Part shown: positions 1 through 8,118 of the stretch, piece after piece
Numbering within the stretch: the stretch's first letter is position 1
How the letters are laid out: each line of letters begins with the position of its first letter
NCBI GenBank assembly: GCA_043799675.1
Contig: JAZDNN010000032.1
Coordinates: 1 to 14,713, forward strand
From: Candidatus Aenigmatarchaeota archaeon
GTDB lineage: Archaea > Aenigmatarchaeota > Aenigmatarchaeia > Aenigmatarchaeales > JACQIB01
Direction: 5' to 3'
DNA: 14,713 nt
The notes under the pieces: model-generated
The model's input: the letters and a program-made list of their open reading frames with translations, nothing else
Database searches by the model: none
Told to the model about the DNA's origin: nothing
Made by a program: the position numbers and the translations under genes

Positions 1-1787
1 CTGTTCGCAATCACTATCAAATCAGTAGCCTTGAAGCTGGTCGGCGGCACGCCCAAATCGTTCACCACCCGGTCGAACACGCCGTAAGCCGATTCGCCGT
101 GGATGGTGCCTGCAACCAGATTGGCCAGCGCACCTATCCTCATCGCTTCGTACAGCGCTTTTGCCTCAAGGCTCCTGACCTCTCCGATTATCAGCGTGCT
201 GTCCCCGAGACGCAGGGCGGTCCGTATCGCCTCTTCCGCAGGCAGCTCCAGCTCGACTCTGGTTATCACGCTCCTGCTCTTGAGCCTCTCAACGTTGAAC
301 CCCAGCGTCCTGAGAGCCTCGATTGGAAGTTCAAAGGTGTCCTCAACAGTAATCATTCTGTAGAACGGCAACGTCTGCAAAGCCAGGGAGCCGAGCAACG
401 AAGTCTTTCCCGCGCCCCTGGTACCGGCTATCAGCATCGTCCTTCCGTAGCTTGCCGCGAACCACAATACTCCGGCAAAGAGCGGGTTGAACATCTTTTC
501 ATTCACAAACAGCGGGAACGTCCACGGCTTGAACCTGTGCCTCCTCAAAGCAAACGCCAGTCCCTCGGGGCTCAGCCTCGGCCCGATTGCCGCCACCCTC
601 GCCACCCCGCCGGGCACCTGTATCTCCGTGTCCAGGACCGGGTTCGCCTCGTCCAAAGGCCTTCCCGAAAGCAGCTTGAACCTTGTTGCCAATCGTTCCC
701 CGTCCAGCGCGGTGGGAACCAGGTTGGTCTCGCATTCCTCGTAATCCTTATGACGTATGTATATCGGCTGCGCCCCCATGGGACTGTTCAGGTTCACGTC
801 CTCGACGTTATCGTCCGCGAGGAGAAGTTCTATGACGCCGAGCCCGGCCGTATATCTTGTCAGTATGGTGGCCAGTTTGGTTATCTGCTCGGGCGTGACC
901 GCGAACTTCCGCACGTCGGCAAGGTCCCGTATGAGCTCCGTGCCGATGCTCGAGAACATCGCGCGCATCTTCCCCTCTTCCTTCATCTCGAGTTCCACCG
1001 GCCTCCGCTGCTCGAGCGTCCTCCTCGCGTCATCCAGCAGCGTGTATTCCTTTTCGGTGAGCTTGAATTCTGGAGGCGTCACGAAATAAATCGGCCGTAT
1101 CTTTCCGGGCACCTTGAAAATCTCCACCGTCGTGCCTTCCCCCACGGTGTACTTCTTGACCGCCTGCCCCGGCGGCGGCTTGATGGTCCATTTCGTGTAC
1201 ATGAACGTGGGCCTCGTCATCGGGTGGAAGAACTGCCTGTAAACGCCCCTGTCCCCGATGTGATGGCCGGCAAGGTAGGGCTCGGCCGACTTTATCATCG
1301 TCGTCTTTTCCAGTATCTCCTTGATCGGGAACAGCGCATGCTCCAGATAAAATTGTATGTACTTCGTTTCGGTCGGGAGTTTCTCCTGCTCTATCTGCAA
1401 ATGCCTGATTTCCCTGACAAGGTTGACGTAGGCCCCTATCGGGTCCCCTCTCAGTTGGAACGTGACCATCGTATTGAGCCAGTTCCACCATTCGTTGGCT
1501 ATCGGGTGCTTCGCCGGGTCGCCAACGTTCTGTATGCTTGCCAGCCTTCTTTCCCTGACTATCTTCCGCATCGCATCCGCGATCTCGACCAGCAGCTTGG
1601 TCTGCGGCTCGTCATACTCGTGCTCGCGCGATTCGCTTATGACTATGGCGGTCACGTTCCGGTCGGTGATGAGCCTGTCGATTATCCTGGCCATCACTAC
1701 GTCCACGTCCTCTATCGAGGAGCCGAACACGCCACCCAGCGCATTCATATGCAGGGTTCCGCCCTTCACTTCAGTCTCATATACCAC
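1..1787 (-). CDS. Type II/IV secretion or type IV pilus assembly ATPase (FlaI/TadA/CpaF family) with long N-terminal region; 3' end lies outside the window
   Basis: Manual minus-strand translation of both ends, which are in the same frame. Probable GTG start at 1787 (MVYETEVKGGTLHMNALG) after a GGTG RBS-like motif; alternative ATG at 1748. Walker A GTRGAGKTS (425-399), Asp box EDTFEL, Walker B LIIGEVR, His box GTIHG. Absent from the ORF track because no stop lies in the window. Confidence 0.93.
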   Translation of the reverse strand, partial: MVYETEVKGGTLHMNALGGVFGSSIEDVDVVMARIIDRLITDRNVTAIVISESREHEYDEPQTKLLVEIADAMRKIVRERRLASIQNVGDPAKHPIANEWWNWLNTMVTFQLRGDPIGAYVNLVREIRHLQIEQEKLPTETKYIQFYLEHALFPIKEILEKTTMIKSAEPYLAGHHIGDRGVYRQFFHPMTRPTFMYTKWTIKPPPGQAVKKYTVGEGTTVEIFKVPGKIRPIYFVTPPEFKLTEKEYTLLDDARRTLEQRRPVELEMKEEGKMRAMFSSIGTELIRDLADVRKFAVTPEQITKLATILTRYTAGLGVIELLLADDNVEDVNLNSPMGAQPIYIRHKDYEECETNLVPTALDGERLATRFKLLSGRPLDEANPVLDTEIQVPGGVARVAAIGPRLSPEGLAFALRRHRFKPWTFPLFVNEKMFNPLFAGVLWFAASYGRTMLIAGTRGAGKTSLLGSLALQTLPFYRMITVEDTFELPIEALRTLGFNVERLKSRSVITRVELELPAEEAIRTALRLGDSTLIIGEVRSLEAKALYEAMRIGALANLVAGTIHGESAYGVFDRVVNDLGVPPTSFKATDLIVIAN

Positions 1788-1808
1788 AACAAACACCGAC
1801 GGGTTCGG

Positions 1809-1827
1809 TTTATATACGGAACTTCCG
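1809..1827. promoter_or_regulatory. TATA box in the divergent intergenic region, followed by palindrome CGGAACTTCCG
   Basis: TTTATATA at 1809-1816, 23 nt upstream of ATG 1840; CGGAA-C-TTCCG at 1817-1827. Confidence 0.55.
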
Positions 1828-1839
1828 AATAAAATAGCT

Positions 1840-2175
1840 ATGCCTGAGGCCGAAGTACAGACCGTTTTGGCGGAGGCCTTCCGCCGGATAAACGAGTTGA
1901 GCCGCCGCCTGAGGGTCGTCGAGGAGCGCCACGAACTCAACGAGAACAAATCATCCGACATGCAGGATACGATGATGCGGAGCTCGGATTCCAGCAAGGA
2001 ACAGTTCCGCGAGATCACCTCGCAGATGCGGAGCATCGAGGACCAGCTGGCCCATCTCACCAGCGAGATATCCAGGCTGGAGAAGCAGATGGAAAAGAGC
2101 GCGAAACGCGGCGAGCTGGAGGAGCTCCGCAGCCTGGTGGAGCTGTACGCGCCGTTCAAGCATGAAAAGGGATAA
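1840..2175 (+). CDS. Hypothetical coiled-coil protein (111 aa)
   Basis: ATG 1840 (MPEAEVQTVL) follows the TATA box; heptad-rich, charged helical sequence. The longer ORF-track start at 1462 overlaps the ATPase on the opposite strand. Confidence 0.8.
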   Translation: MPEAEVQTVLAEAFRRINELSRRLRVVEERHELNENKSSDMQDTMMRSSDSSKEQFREITSQMRSIEDQLAHLTSEISRLEKQMEKSAKRGELEELRSLVELYAPFKHEKG

Positions 2176-2236
2176 TATGGAAGTCAACTTCATTGACCAA
2201 AAGATATTGGCTGCCCGAGGCAGCAGGTGCTATTAG

Positions 2237-2989
2237 ATGCACGACAAGCACGACCTGATTGAAATCGTACGGAGGCTGGCCGCGGCAGGCAGGACCGAGC
2301 CGGAGATAATCGGCCAGATGCGCGCAGCGGGTTTCCGCCCGGCGGAAATCGATGAAGCTCTGAGAGCCGTGATAAAGACCAGGGTGGAGGAGCACAGGTT
2401 TCATCCGCGTCCGCAGGCCCGCCCGCCCGAGCATCACGCCCAGCCCGTCCATCATCCGGCAAAACCCGCGGAGACCGAAAACTTCCGGTCAAATCCGCCG
2501 CCCGAGCTTTCCGAACACCGTGAAAGGCAGAAATCAACCATGCCAGAGATGACTTCCATTCCGGAGTCCCTCAGGCCGATTGATATTCCAGGCTTCGCCC
2601 CGAAAGTTCATGAACAGAAGGAGGATGAATTGCCCGAGCACCCGACCGAGCCCATCACCCCCATAACGACCGGACACGAAAGCACCGGCAGGGGCTACCG
2701 GCCCACGAGGGAGCTCGAGATGGAGGAGCTCGTGGAGGAGATAGTGGAAGAGAACCTGAACAAGTTGCAGGACAGGCTAGGAACCATCGACCACCGCGAC
2801 AACCAGCTGGAAGCCCAGCTGGCAGAAACCAGGCAGCTGCTGGAGCAGGCGCATAACATCGACGTCAAGCTGCAGAAGTCCCTTGAAAATCACAACGATG
2901 AGATAAAGGAGTTCATGACCAAGTTCGAGTCACGAATAGCGGCATTGGAGCACGCCTTCAAGGCCCTCAGCGGCCACATGAAGAAATAA
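2237..2989 (+). CDS. Hypothetical protein: small helical N-domain, Pro/His/Glu-rich linker, C-terminal coiled coil (250 aa)
   Basis: AGGTG RBS-like motif upstream; N-terminus GRTEPEIIGQMRAAGFRPAEIDEAL; acidic MEELVEEIVEE motif followed by heptads. Confidence 0.85.
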   Translation: MHDKHDLIEIVRRLAAAGRTEPEIIGQMRAAGFRPAEIDEALRAVIKTRVEEHRFHPRPQARPPEHHAQPVHHPAKPAETENFRSNPPPELSEHRERQKSTMPEMTSIPESLRPIDIPGFAPKVHEQKEDELPEHPTEPITPITTGHESTGRGYRPTRELEMEELVEEIVEENLNKLQDRLGTIDHRDNQLEAQLAETRQLLEQAHNIDVKLQKSLENHNDEIKEFMTKFESRIAALEHAFKALSGHMKK

Positions 2990-3179
2990 TATCACTCCGT
3001 CTTCAAAATCACGGCGAGGAAAAATAATATTTCTCCGTTCCAAACGATGTGACGAGCAATTCTGATATTTCCCCGGCAACAATGATGCGACGGGCAAAAC
3101 ATGATATCGCTCCGTTCAAGAAAATGTGACGAGGAAAATAATGATATGGCCCCGTCCACAAGTATATGACGAGCAAAAT
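2987..3179. repeat. Degenerate five-unit tandem array, period 38-40 bp, consensus TRATAT-N2-CYCCG-N13-GRCGRGSAA
   Basis: Units start at 2987, 3025, 3063, 3102 and 3142; internal spacing is identical in all five; the array fills the gap between two convergent stop codons. Confidence 0.85.
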
Positions 3180-3184
3180 CGCTT

Positions 3185-3715
3185 CTATTTCCCTTTCTTG
3201 TCGCCCGTCTCAATGATGAGCCAGATGACCGCAAGTACTATGCCTATCAAAAAGATCGTGCCGCTCGAATTGATATTGACATTTGAAGGTAGCGTTATGC
3301 CAAGAACATCAAGCCCGCCGGAGCCCACGAACACCAGGCCTGCAAGCACGACGAATCCGACCGCAAACATTGCCGGGTACTTTGAAAAATAACTATGCGA
3401 TTCGCCGCCTTCCGTTGTCGCCAGGAAATGCTTTATTCCGAAAGCCTCGAACAGGACCACCAGCACAAGTATCCCGACCAGAACCAGCACCAGATTCGAG
3501 GAAAGGCTTGTAATGAATGAAAGCAGTGCCGTCGGGGCCGACATTATCACAAGGAAAGCCACAACAAGGGCAAGTATCGCCTGCACGCTCTTACCTTTCG
3601 GCACGTTCGCCTGATTGAGTATGCCGTAAACCACCGAAAAGGTGAGAAGCCAAAGGAGCATGTCCGGCAGCCCCAGTCTTGTCAGGACCCCGCCAACTGT
3701 CGCAAAATCGGCCAT
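3185..3715 (-). CDS. Multi-pass membrane protein, paralog 4 of tandem family (176 aa)
   Basis: ATG 3715 overlaps the upstream stop (TAATG); shares LLWLLxFxxVYGILNQ..PKxK and VFVGxGGL motifs with its neighbours. Confidence 0.85.
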   Translation of the reverse strand: MADFATVGGVLTRLGLPDMLLWLLTFSVVYGILNQANVPKGKSVQAILALVVAFLVIMSAPTALLSFITSLSSNLVLVLVGILVLVVLFEAFGIKHFLATTEGGESHSYFSKYPAMFAVGFVVLAGLVFVGSGGLDVLGITLPSNVNINSSGTIFLIGIVLAVIWLIIETGDKKGK

Positions 3716-4269
3716 TACTTTTCGTCTCCCTTTTCCATGACCAGCCAGATGACGGCCAACGCAATCATCGCCATCACCAGCGCACCCATCGGGTCTATTC
3801 CTGACGGCAAAGCGAGTCCGGTTATGCTCAATCCGCCCGCGCCTGCGAAAAGCACTATGGCAACGATTATCAAGACAGCTGCCCACACTTTCGGATGACC
3901 AGTGAACATGTTCTCTTGAACGTATTCCGCAGGTGCATCATACTCTTTTCCATCCGGCCCCTTGATTTTTTTGGTCTTGCCGACCTTCAGGTGCTTCACC
4001 CCGGCAATCTCAAGGAACGTGAAAACGACCAGTATTCCCAGAAGCACGACCAGCAGGCCCGTGGAAAGGTTCGTCAAGGTGGTGATGATCGATGCGGGTG
4101 CGGACAGCAACACGAAGAACGCCACCACGATTGCGATTATGCCCCTGACTGGCTTGGACTTCGGCATGTTGGTCTGGTTCAATATCCCGTAAACGAGCGC
4201 GAAGCTGAGCAACCAGAGCAGGATGTCCCCGAAACCGAGCCGTTCCAGCGGCAACAGCAAATCGGCCAT
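3715..4269 (-). CDS. Multi-pass membrane protein, paralog 3 (184 aa)
   Basis: About 5 hydrophobic segments; LLWLLSFALVYGILNQTNMPKSK, HPKVW and AGAGGL motifs; 1-nt gap to the upstream gene. Confidence 0.87.
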   Translation of the reverse strand: MADLLLPLERLGFGDILLWLLSFALVYGILNQTNMPKSKPVRGIIAIVVAFFVLLSAPASIITTLTNLSTGLLVVLLGILVVFTFLEIAGVKHLKVGKTKKIKGPDGKEYDAPAEYVQENMFTGHPKVWAAVLIIVAIVLFAGAGGLSITGLALPSGIDPMGALVMAMIALAVIWLVMEKGDEK

Positions 4270-4270
4270 G

Positions 4271-4783
4271 TTACTTCTTCTCCCCGCCCTTGGTCTCGTG
4301 CATCATCACGTAGACCGCGGCAATCATCACGCAGATGAACAGAAGGAACGCCATCACCGTGGTGCTTATCTCGATCTGCGGCAGGCCTATCACGTTCAGC
4401 CCGCCCGCCCCGACGAACACCGCCACCAGGATTATCAGGATGGCGGCAGCGAAGAACTTCGGATGAGCCTTGAACACGGTCCCTTCGCCCACCTTCACGC
4501 CGGTTATTTCCAGGAAAATGACCGCCACTATCAGCCCGAACGCGATGAGCACCGTGGCCACGATGAGGTTCTGCAAAAACGCCACAGCCGGCGAAGCCGC
4601 CGCGGCAAGCAGGACCAGGAACGCGGCCGTAAGGGCTATCACGCCCCTTGCGGACACGCTCTTCGGTATGCCTGCATGATGCAGCAGTCCCCAGACGATG
4701 CTGAGCGTGAGTGCCCAGAGCAAAATCAGCGTTGCACCTGCGTCACGGAGCGCAATTATGAACAAATCGATTGGTGTTGCCAT
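4271..4783 (-). CDS. Multi-pass membrane protein, paralog 2 (170 aa)
   Basis: LLWALTLSIVWGLLHHAGIPKS, FLEITGVK, HPKFF and VGAGGL motifs align with paralogs 3 and 4. Confidence 0.87.
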   Translation of the reverse strand: MATPIDLFIIALRDAGATLILLWALTLSIVWGLLHHAGIPKSVSARGVIALTAAFLVLLAAAASPAVAFLQNLIVATVLIAFGLIVAVIFLEITGVKVGEGTVFKAHPKFFAAAILIILVAVFVGAGGLNVIGLPQIEISTTVMAFLLFICVMIAAVYVMMHETKGGEKK

Positions 4784-4824
4784 GTGCTCAACTGCCCATT
4801 AATCGGAAGACTAGGCTTTAAAGC

Positions 4825-5316
4825 TTAGCCCCCGGCCTTGCCTCCCGAATCCTCTTTCATGGCGCCCCAGAACAGGCTGAGGACTATCGCCGCCCCGGCA
4901 AGGAAGATGAGGTTCTCGGGTCCGCCGATGAACGGCAGCTGCACGGGGAACAGCTCCAGCATCATGAAACCCACGCTGAACAGGACCAGCAGCACCCCTC
5001 CCGCGACCGCGGCGCCCTGGGTCCTGTCCCCTTTCTTCTCCTTCCTGACTCCGAACAGTTCCATCGCAAACGCTATGAAAAAGACCGCTATGAAGAACCA
5101 TGTTATTGAAGGCAGGTAATTGAACAGCAGACCGGTGAATGCGGCCTGGCTGGATGCAAAGAACGAAATTGCCAGGGCAATGAGCAGGTTCACTGCCCTG
5201 TTCTTGAACAGGTTGGTGAGCTCAAGGACCCCGAAAACCACGGCAAGCACGAACAGGAAGCTCACAACGAACTGGTCGCTCATCCCGAACGGCGCCCCGA
5301 GACCGAAACCATCCAT
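4825..5316 (-). CDS. Multi-pass membrane protein, more diverged paralog 1 (163 aa)
   Basis: FLFVLAVVFGVLE..FKNRAVNLLIALAISFF and MELFGVRK match the family pattern; AGGTCG upstream. Confidence 0.83.
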   Translation of the reverse strand: MDGFGLGAPFGMSDQFVVSFLFVLAVVFGVLELTNLFKNRAVNLLIALAISFFASSQAAFTGLLFNYLPSITWFFIAVFFIAFAMELFGVRKEKKGDRTQGAAVAGGVLLVLFSVGFMMLELFPVQLPFIGGPENLIFLAGAAIVLSLFWGAMKEDSGGKAGG

Positions 5317-5326
5317 CCAATCGACC

Positions 5327-5896
5327 TCAGTCTTCGAGCTGCCGCCTCAGCTGCTCCCGCTTCACCAGCAAGGTCGAATATACTTCCCCGGTACCTTCAG
5401 GCATCTTGGTGCCGCGCGGCCACCTGTGCTCAATCTGCCTTACACCCCTGTCGACTTCCTCAAGCTGATGCTCCAGCTCCTTCCGTTTCCGCTGCTTTCC
5501 TATGGTCGCTTCCCCGACCTTGCCCGCTATCGCTCCCCCGAGCTTGGCCATTCCTGGCACGTAGATCGGCGGGATTATCCTGACCAGGAAGAACATGACC
5601 AGCATCAGGCCGATTGAGATTATGAAGTACTTGGCGAATATCGGGACAAGCATCGAACCGTACCAGCCGCCCAAAACGAGGAACAGGTAAATAAGAATTC
5701 CTCCCACCCTCTGCATTCCCTTGTGCTCGGGTGATATCCATTTCATCGCGGATATCAGGAAAAGCGCCATGATGAAGCTCGGAATCGCAAGCAGGTACAG
5801 CAGCCTGTCCTGCACGGTCCCGTAAGCCGTGATCGTTGCGGGATTAATCTGGAATATCGTCTGGTACAATATCTGCTCGAATGCTGACAGGACCAT
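5327..5896 (-). CDS. Membrane protein with basic/coiled-coil C-terminal tail (189 aa); first gene of the membrane operon
   Basis: 3-4 hydrophobic segments, then a charged helical tail; TTTTTTAAT TATA-like element about 20 nt upstream on the minus strand. Confidence 0.8.
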   Translation of the reverse strand: MVLSAFEQILYQTIFQINPATITAYGTVQDRLLYLLAIPSFIMALFLISAMKWISPEHKGMQRVGGILIYLFLVLGGWYGSMLVPIFAKYFIISIGLMLVMFFLVRIIPPIYVPGMAKLGGAIAGKVGEATIGKQRKRKELEHQLEEVDRGVRQIEHRWPRGTKMPEGTGEVYSTLLVKREQLRRQLED

Positions 5897-5978
5897 GCAA
5901 ATACACGGGCAGACGCATTAAAAAAGGTTCTGTTTGGCTCAAACGGCCACTTGGGCCGCCGTTAACGATGTTTTCGTT

Positions 5979-6812
5979 TCATTCGTCAGCGTCGAAATAC
6001 GGAGGCATGGCGTCATCGGCAGGCGGCCCGCCTCTGAGTCCATCGTACATGGCCTTGTAAAGGCCCGCCTGGGCACTGGTGGCATCATTCCGGAACTGAA
6101 GCATGTTCATCTGCTGTTTCTGATATTCGGTGTTTTCCCGGAGTATCTTCAGTTCACTGTTTTCATCGCTAATTTTCTTGGATATCCTGAACGCATCAGC
6201 CCAATACTTCGCTTTCTCTTTCTTGTCCGTCGCCCTTTCGGAAGCCTCGAGCAGGTTCTCTATCGCTCCCTTATAGTCACCGAGTATCTTCAGTTTCTTT
6301 GCCTTGTTTACGAAAGATTTGTAGCCGGGCTCGTCCTTCGGCCAGTTGCCGGTATTTTCCCATATGTTAATCTGGTTGAGCGCATCGCCGTACTTGCCAT
6401 CTGCAAAACCTTTCTTCATATCAGCGACCTTGTCCTTGTTAGCCATGATGAATTCCTCTGCAGCCGTCCAGGCAACTGGCAACAGATAGAATGCATCCAT
6501 CCAGCACCATTTCGGCGTAAAATCGTACAACCTTTCCGCCGGTCGCCCCGAATAAAACATGTTGTGAACTTCGTCGCCAAAGCCCGGCTTCGGAGCGGAC
6601 CTGTCAAGAAGATACTTATTGTAAAGATCAGTGGCCTGACCGAGCGTTCCCCACATCGGCAGGGCGCGCCACGGCTCTTCCCCTTTTCCCGAATAAAGGT
6701 GGGTTTGCTCATAGGTGGCTGCTTCTTTTCCGGTCATCACAGAATTCTGAATAAGCTTATACAACTCGCCGGCAGGCAGCATAACACGTTGTTCCTGATC
6801 TTCATTTCCCAT
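5979..6812 (-). CDS. Hypothetical protein (277 aa), helical C-terminal half
   Basis: AGGTGA RBS 4 nt before the ATG; TTTATATA box at 6861-6854; protein-like composition. Confidence 0.8.
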   Translation of the reverse strand: MGNEDQEQRVMLPAGELYKLIQNSVMTGKEAATYEQTHLYSGKGEEPWRALPMWGTLGQATDLYNKYLLDRSAPKPGFGDEVHNMFYSGRPAERLYDFTPKWCWMDAFYLLPVAWTAAEEFIMANKDKVADMKKGFADGKYGDALNQINIWENTGNWPKDEPGYKSFVNKAKKLKILGDYKGAIENLLEASERATDKKEKAKYWADAFRISKKISDENSELKILRENTEYQKQQMNMLQFRNDATSAQAGLYKAMYDGLRGGPPADDAMPPYFDADE

Positions 6813-6853
6813 GCATTCACCTGAACATCCTATGTATTATTACTCATTAGTGA

Positions 6854-6861
6854 TATATAAA
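6854..6861 (-). promoter_or_regulatory. TATA box for the 277-aa gene
   Basis: TTTATATA on the minus strand in an AT-rich intergenic region. Confidence 0.55.
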
Positions 6862-6883
6862 GGTATCGCCTGCAACATATGCC

Positions 6884-7432
6884 TCATGACAGCAGGCCGG
6901 AGCCCTCGTACGCCTTCTCGCAGGTGCCGCGTGTGTATTTGTCCCATTTCCGGCCGAACTGCTTTGTCAGCCCGTTGGCATACTCGTGCAGTAGGTTCCT
7001 TTCGAGCTCCAGCAGGGCGTCTTCGGGCTTCACTTCGCCCGGAAGCAGCCCGGGCACGATACCCGTGAGCGCCGCCTTAAGTTGCTTCATCTCCTCAACC
7101 GCTTCCTTGTAGGAATTTGGCACCGTTTCCGCGAACATGTATGGGCAGCCATCGTGAGTGACATACTCCCATGCGATTATGCTTTCCGGGAACTGCAGCT
7201 GGAACCAGTAATCTATCCTGTCCCTCTCCTCACCATCGGCCCATGATTTGATCGCTTTTCCTCTTTCACCGGCGTCCCTTTCCTTTGCGTCCGACATCTT
7301 CCTTACGTAAAGCACGACCCCGTCCTCCGTCTTTTCACCGACAGCAGGCAGACGGTCCGTCTTCTGATATTCAAGCTCGCTCGGATTGTCACGAAAAAGT
7401 TTCCTGTCCTCTTCCACCATCTTGTCTGCCAT
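6884..7432 (-). CDS. Hypothetical protein (about 182 aa)
   Basis: Open frame with charged, soluble composition; start uncertain (TTG 7447, ATG 7441 or ATG 7432). Confidence 0.72.
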   Translation of the reverse strand: MADKMVEEDRKLFRDNPSELEYQKTDRLPAVGEKTEDGVVLYVRKMSDAKERDAGERGKAIKSWADGEERDRIDYWFQLQFPESIIAWEYVTHDGCPYMFAETVPNSYKEAVEEMKQLKAALTGIVPGLLPGEVKPEDALLELERNLLHEYANGLTKQFGRKWDKYTRGTCEKAYEGSGLLS

Positions 7433-7447
7433 ACATGTCATCTGCAA

Positions 7448-7807
7448 TTATTGTGCGGTCCTGCCTTCGGCCGTCGCATGCCGGATCCTGGATGCGTAAC
7501 CTTCCCAGCTTTCACAGCCTATCGGGTCCCTGTTGACCTCAGGCCATCTGGAAGGAGGGATGTCCGGATTGCTAAGGAACTCCTGGGTCATTTTATCATA
7601 AGTGGTGACCTTGCGGGGAGCGGGAACGCCGTCCATGTAGGCTATCTCCGCATTCTCTTCGTCAAAATGGACCGCATATCTGCACTCGTCCTGAAAATCC
7701 TCTAGTATCTGGTCCATCTGGCGGGTGCGAAAATCGGGAGTGATTCCCCTGGGATCGAGCTTGACTATCGTCCTTGAGGTCCCGTAAGCGGCCGTATTAT
7801 CAGACAT
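7448..7807 (-). CDS. Hypothetical protein (119 aa)
   Basis: ATG 7807 lies 22 nt downstream of TTTTATATA (7838-7830); the longer start at 7870 would overlap the toxin gene. Confidence 0.7.
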   Translation of the reverse strand: MSDNTAAYGTSRTIVKLDPRGITPDFRTRQMDQILEDFQDECRYAVHFDEENAEIAYMDGVPAPRKVTTYDKMTQEFLSNPDIPPSRWPEVNRDPIGCESWEGYASRIRHATAEGRTAQ

Positions 7808-7838
7808 CCATATAGTTACTACTAGGTAGTATATAAAA

Positions 7839-8105
7839 CTATAGGCCGTACGCCTCGTCATGATGGGCAAATCTCCTCAATAGGACCGTGTTCGCGCTTT
7901 CGGAGAACTCGTAGATAAGGACGAATGCCCCGGACACATGGACCCTCCATTTTCCAGCCAACGGCGCCCTCAATGGCTTTCCTTGCATGGGATTCATGAG
8001 TATTTTGGCAATCTGCCTTTCCAAGGCGGTCTTCAATGCGGGATTCTTTCTCGTCACCCTCCGCACTTCGAGTTGGCAGGTTTCTGTGAATTCGAGGTTG
8101 TACAT
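7839..8105 (-). CDS. RelE/ParE-superfamily toxin (RelE/StbE/YafQ-like mRNA interferase)
   Basis: 88 aa, basic; MYNLEFT...NP..GKPLRAPLAGKWRVHV..FVLIYE...HHDEAY pattern; directly downstream of an antitoxin-like gene. Confidence 0.9.
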   Translation of the reverse strand: MYNLEFTETCQLEVRRVTRKNPALKTALERQIAKILMNPMQGKPLRAPLAGKWRVHVSGAFVLIYEFSESANTVLLRRFAHHDEAYGL

Positions 8106-8118
8106 CCCAAGATCCCGT

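Noticed and set aside
99..1832. 577-aa plus-strand ORF
   Set aside because: Antisense shadow of the ATPase; Arg/His/Pro-rich with no motifs.
2987..3179. Canonical CRISPR or TIGR array interpretation
   Set aside because: Repeats are degenerate, the variable part is only 13 nt and partly conserved, there is no clear two-spacer box C/D layout, and no cas or tas gene is in the window.
2992..3234. 80-aa minus-strand ORF across the array
   Set aside because: Repeat periods of 38 and 40 do not preserve frame, and the ORF overlaps the end of the membrane gene.
3716..3886. N-terminal extension of the 233-aa ORF
   Set aside because: Overlaps the upstream paralog; alignment with the paralogs supports ATG 3715.
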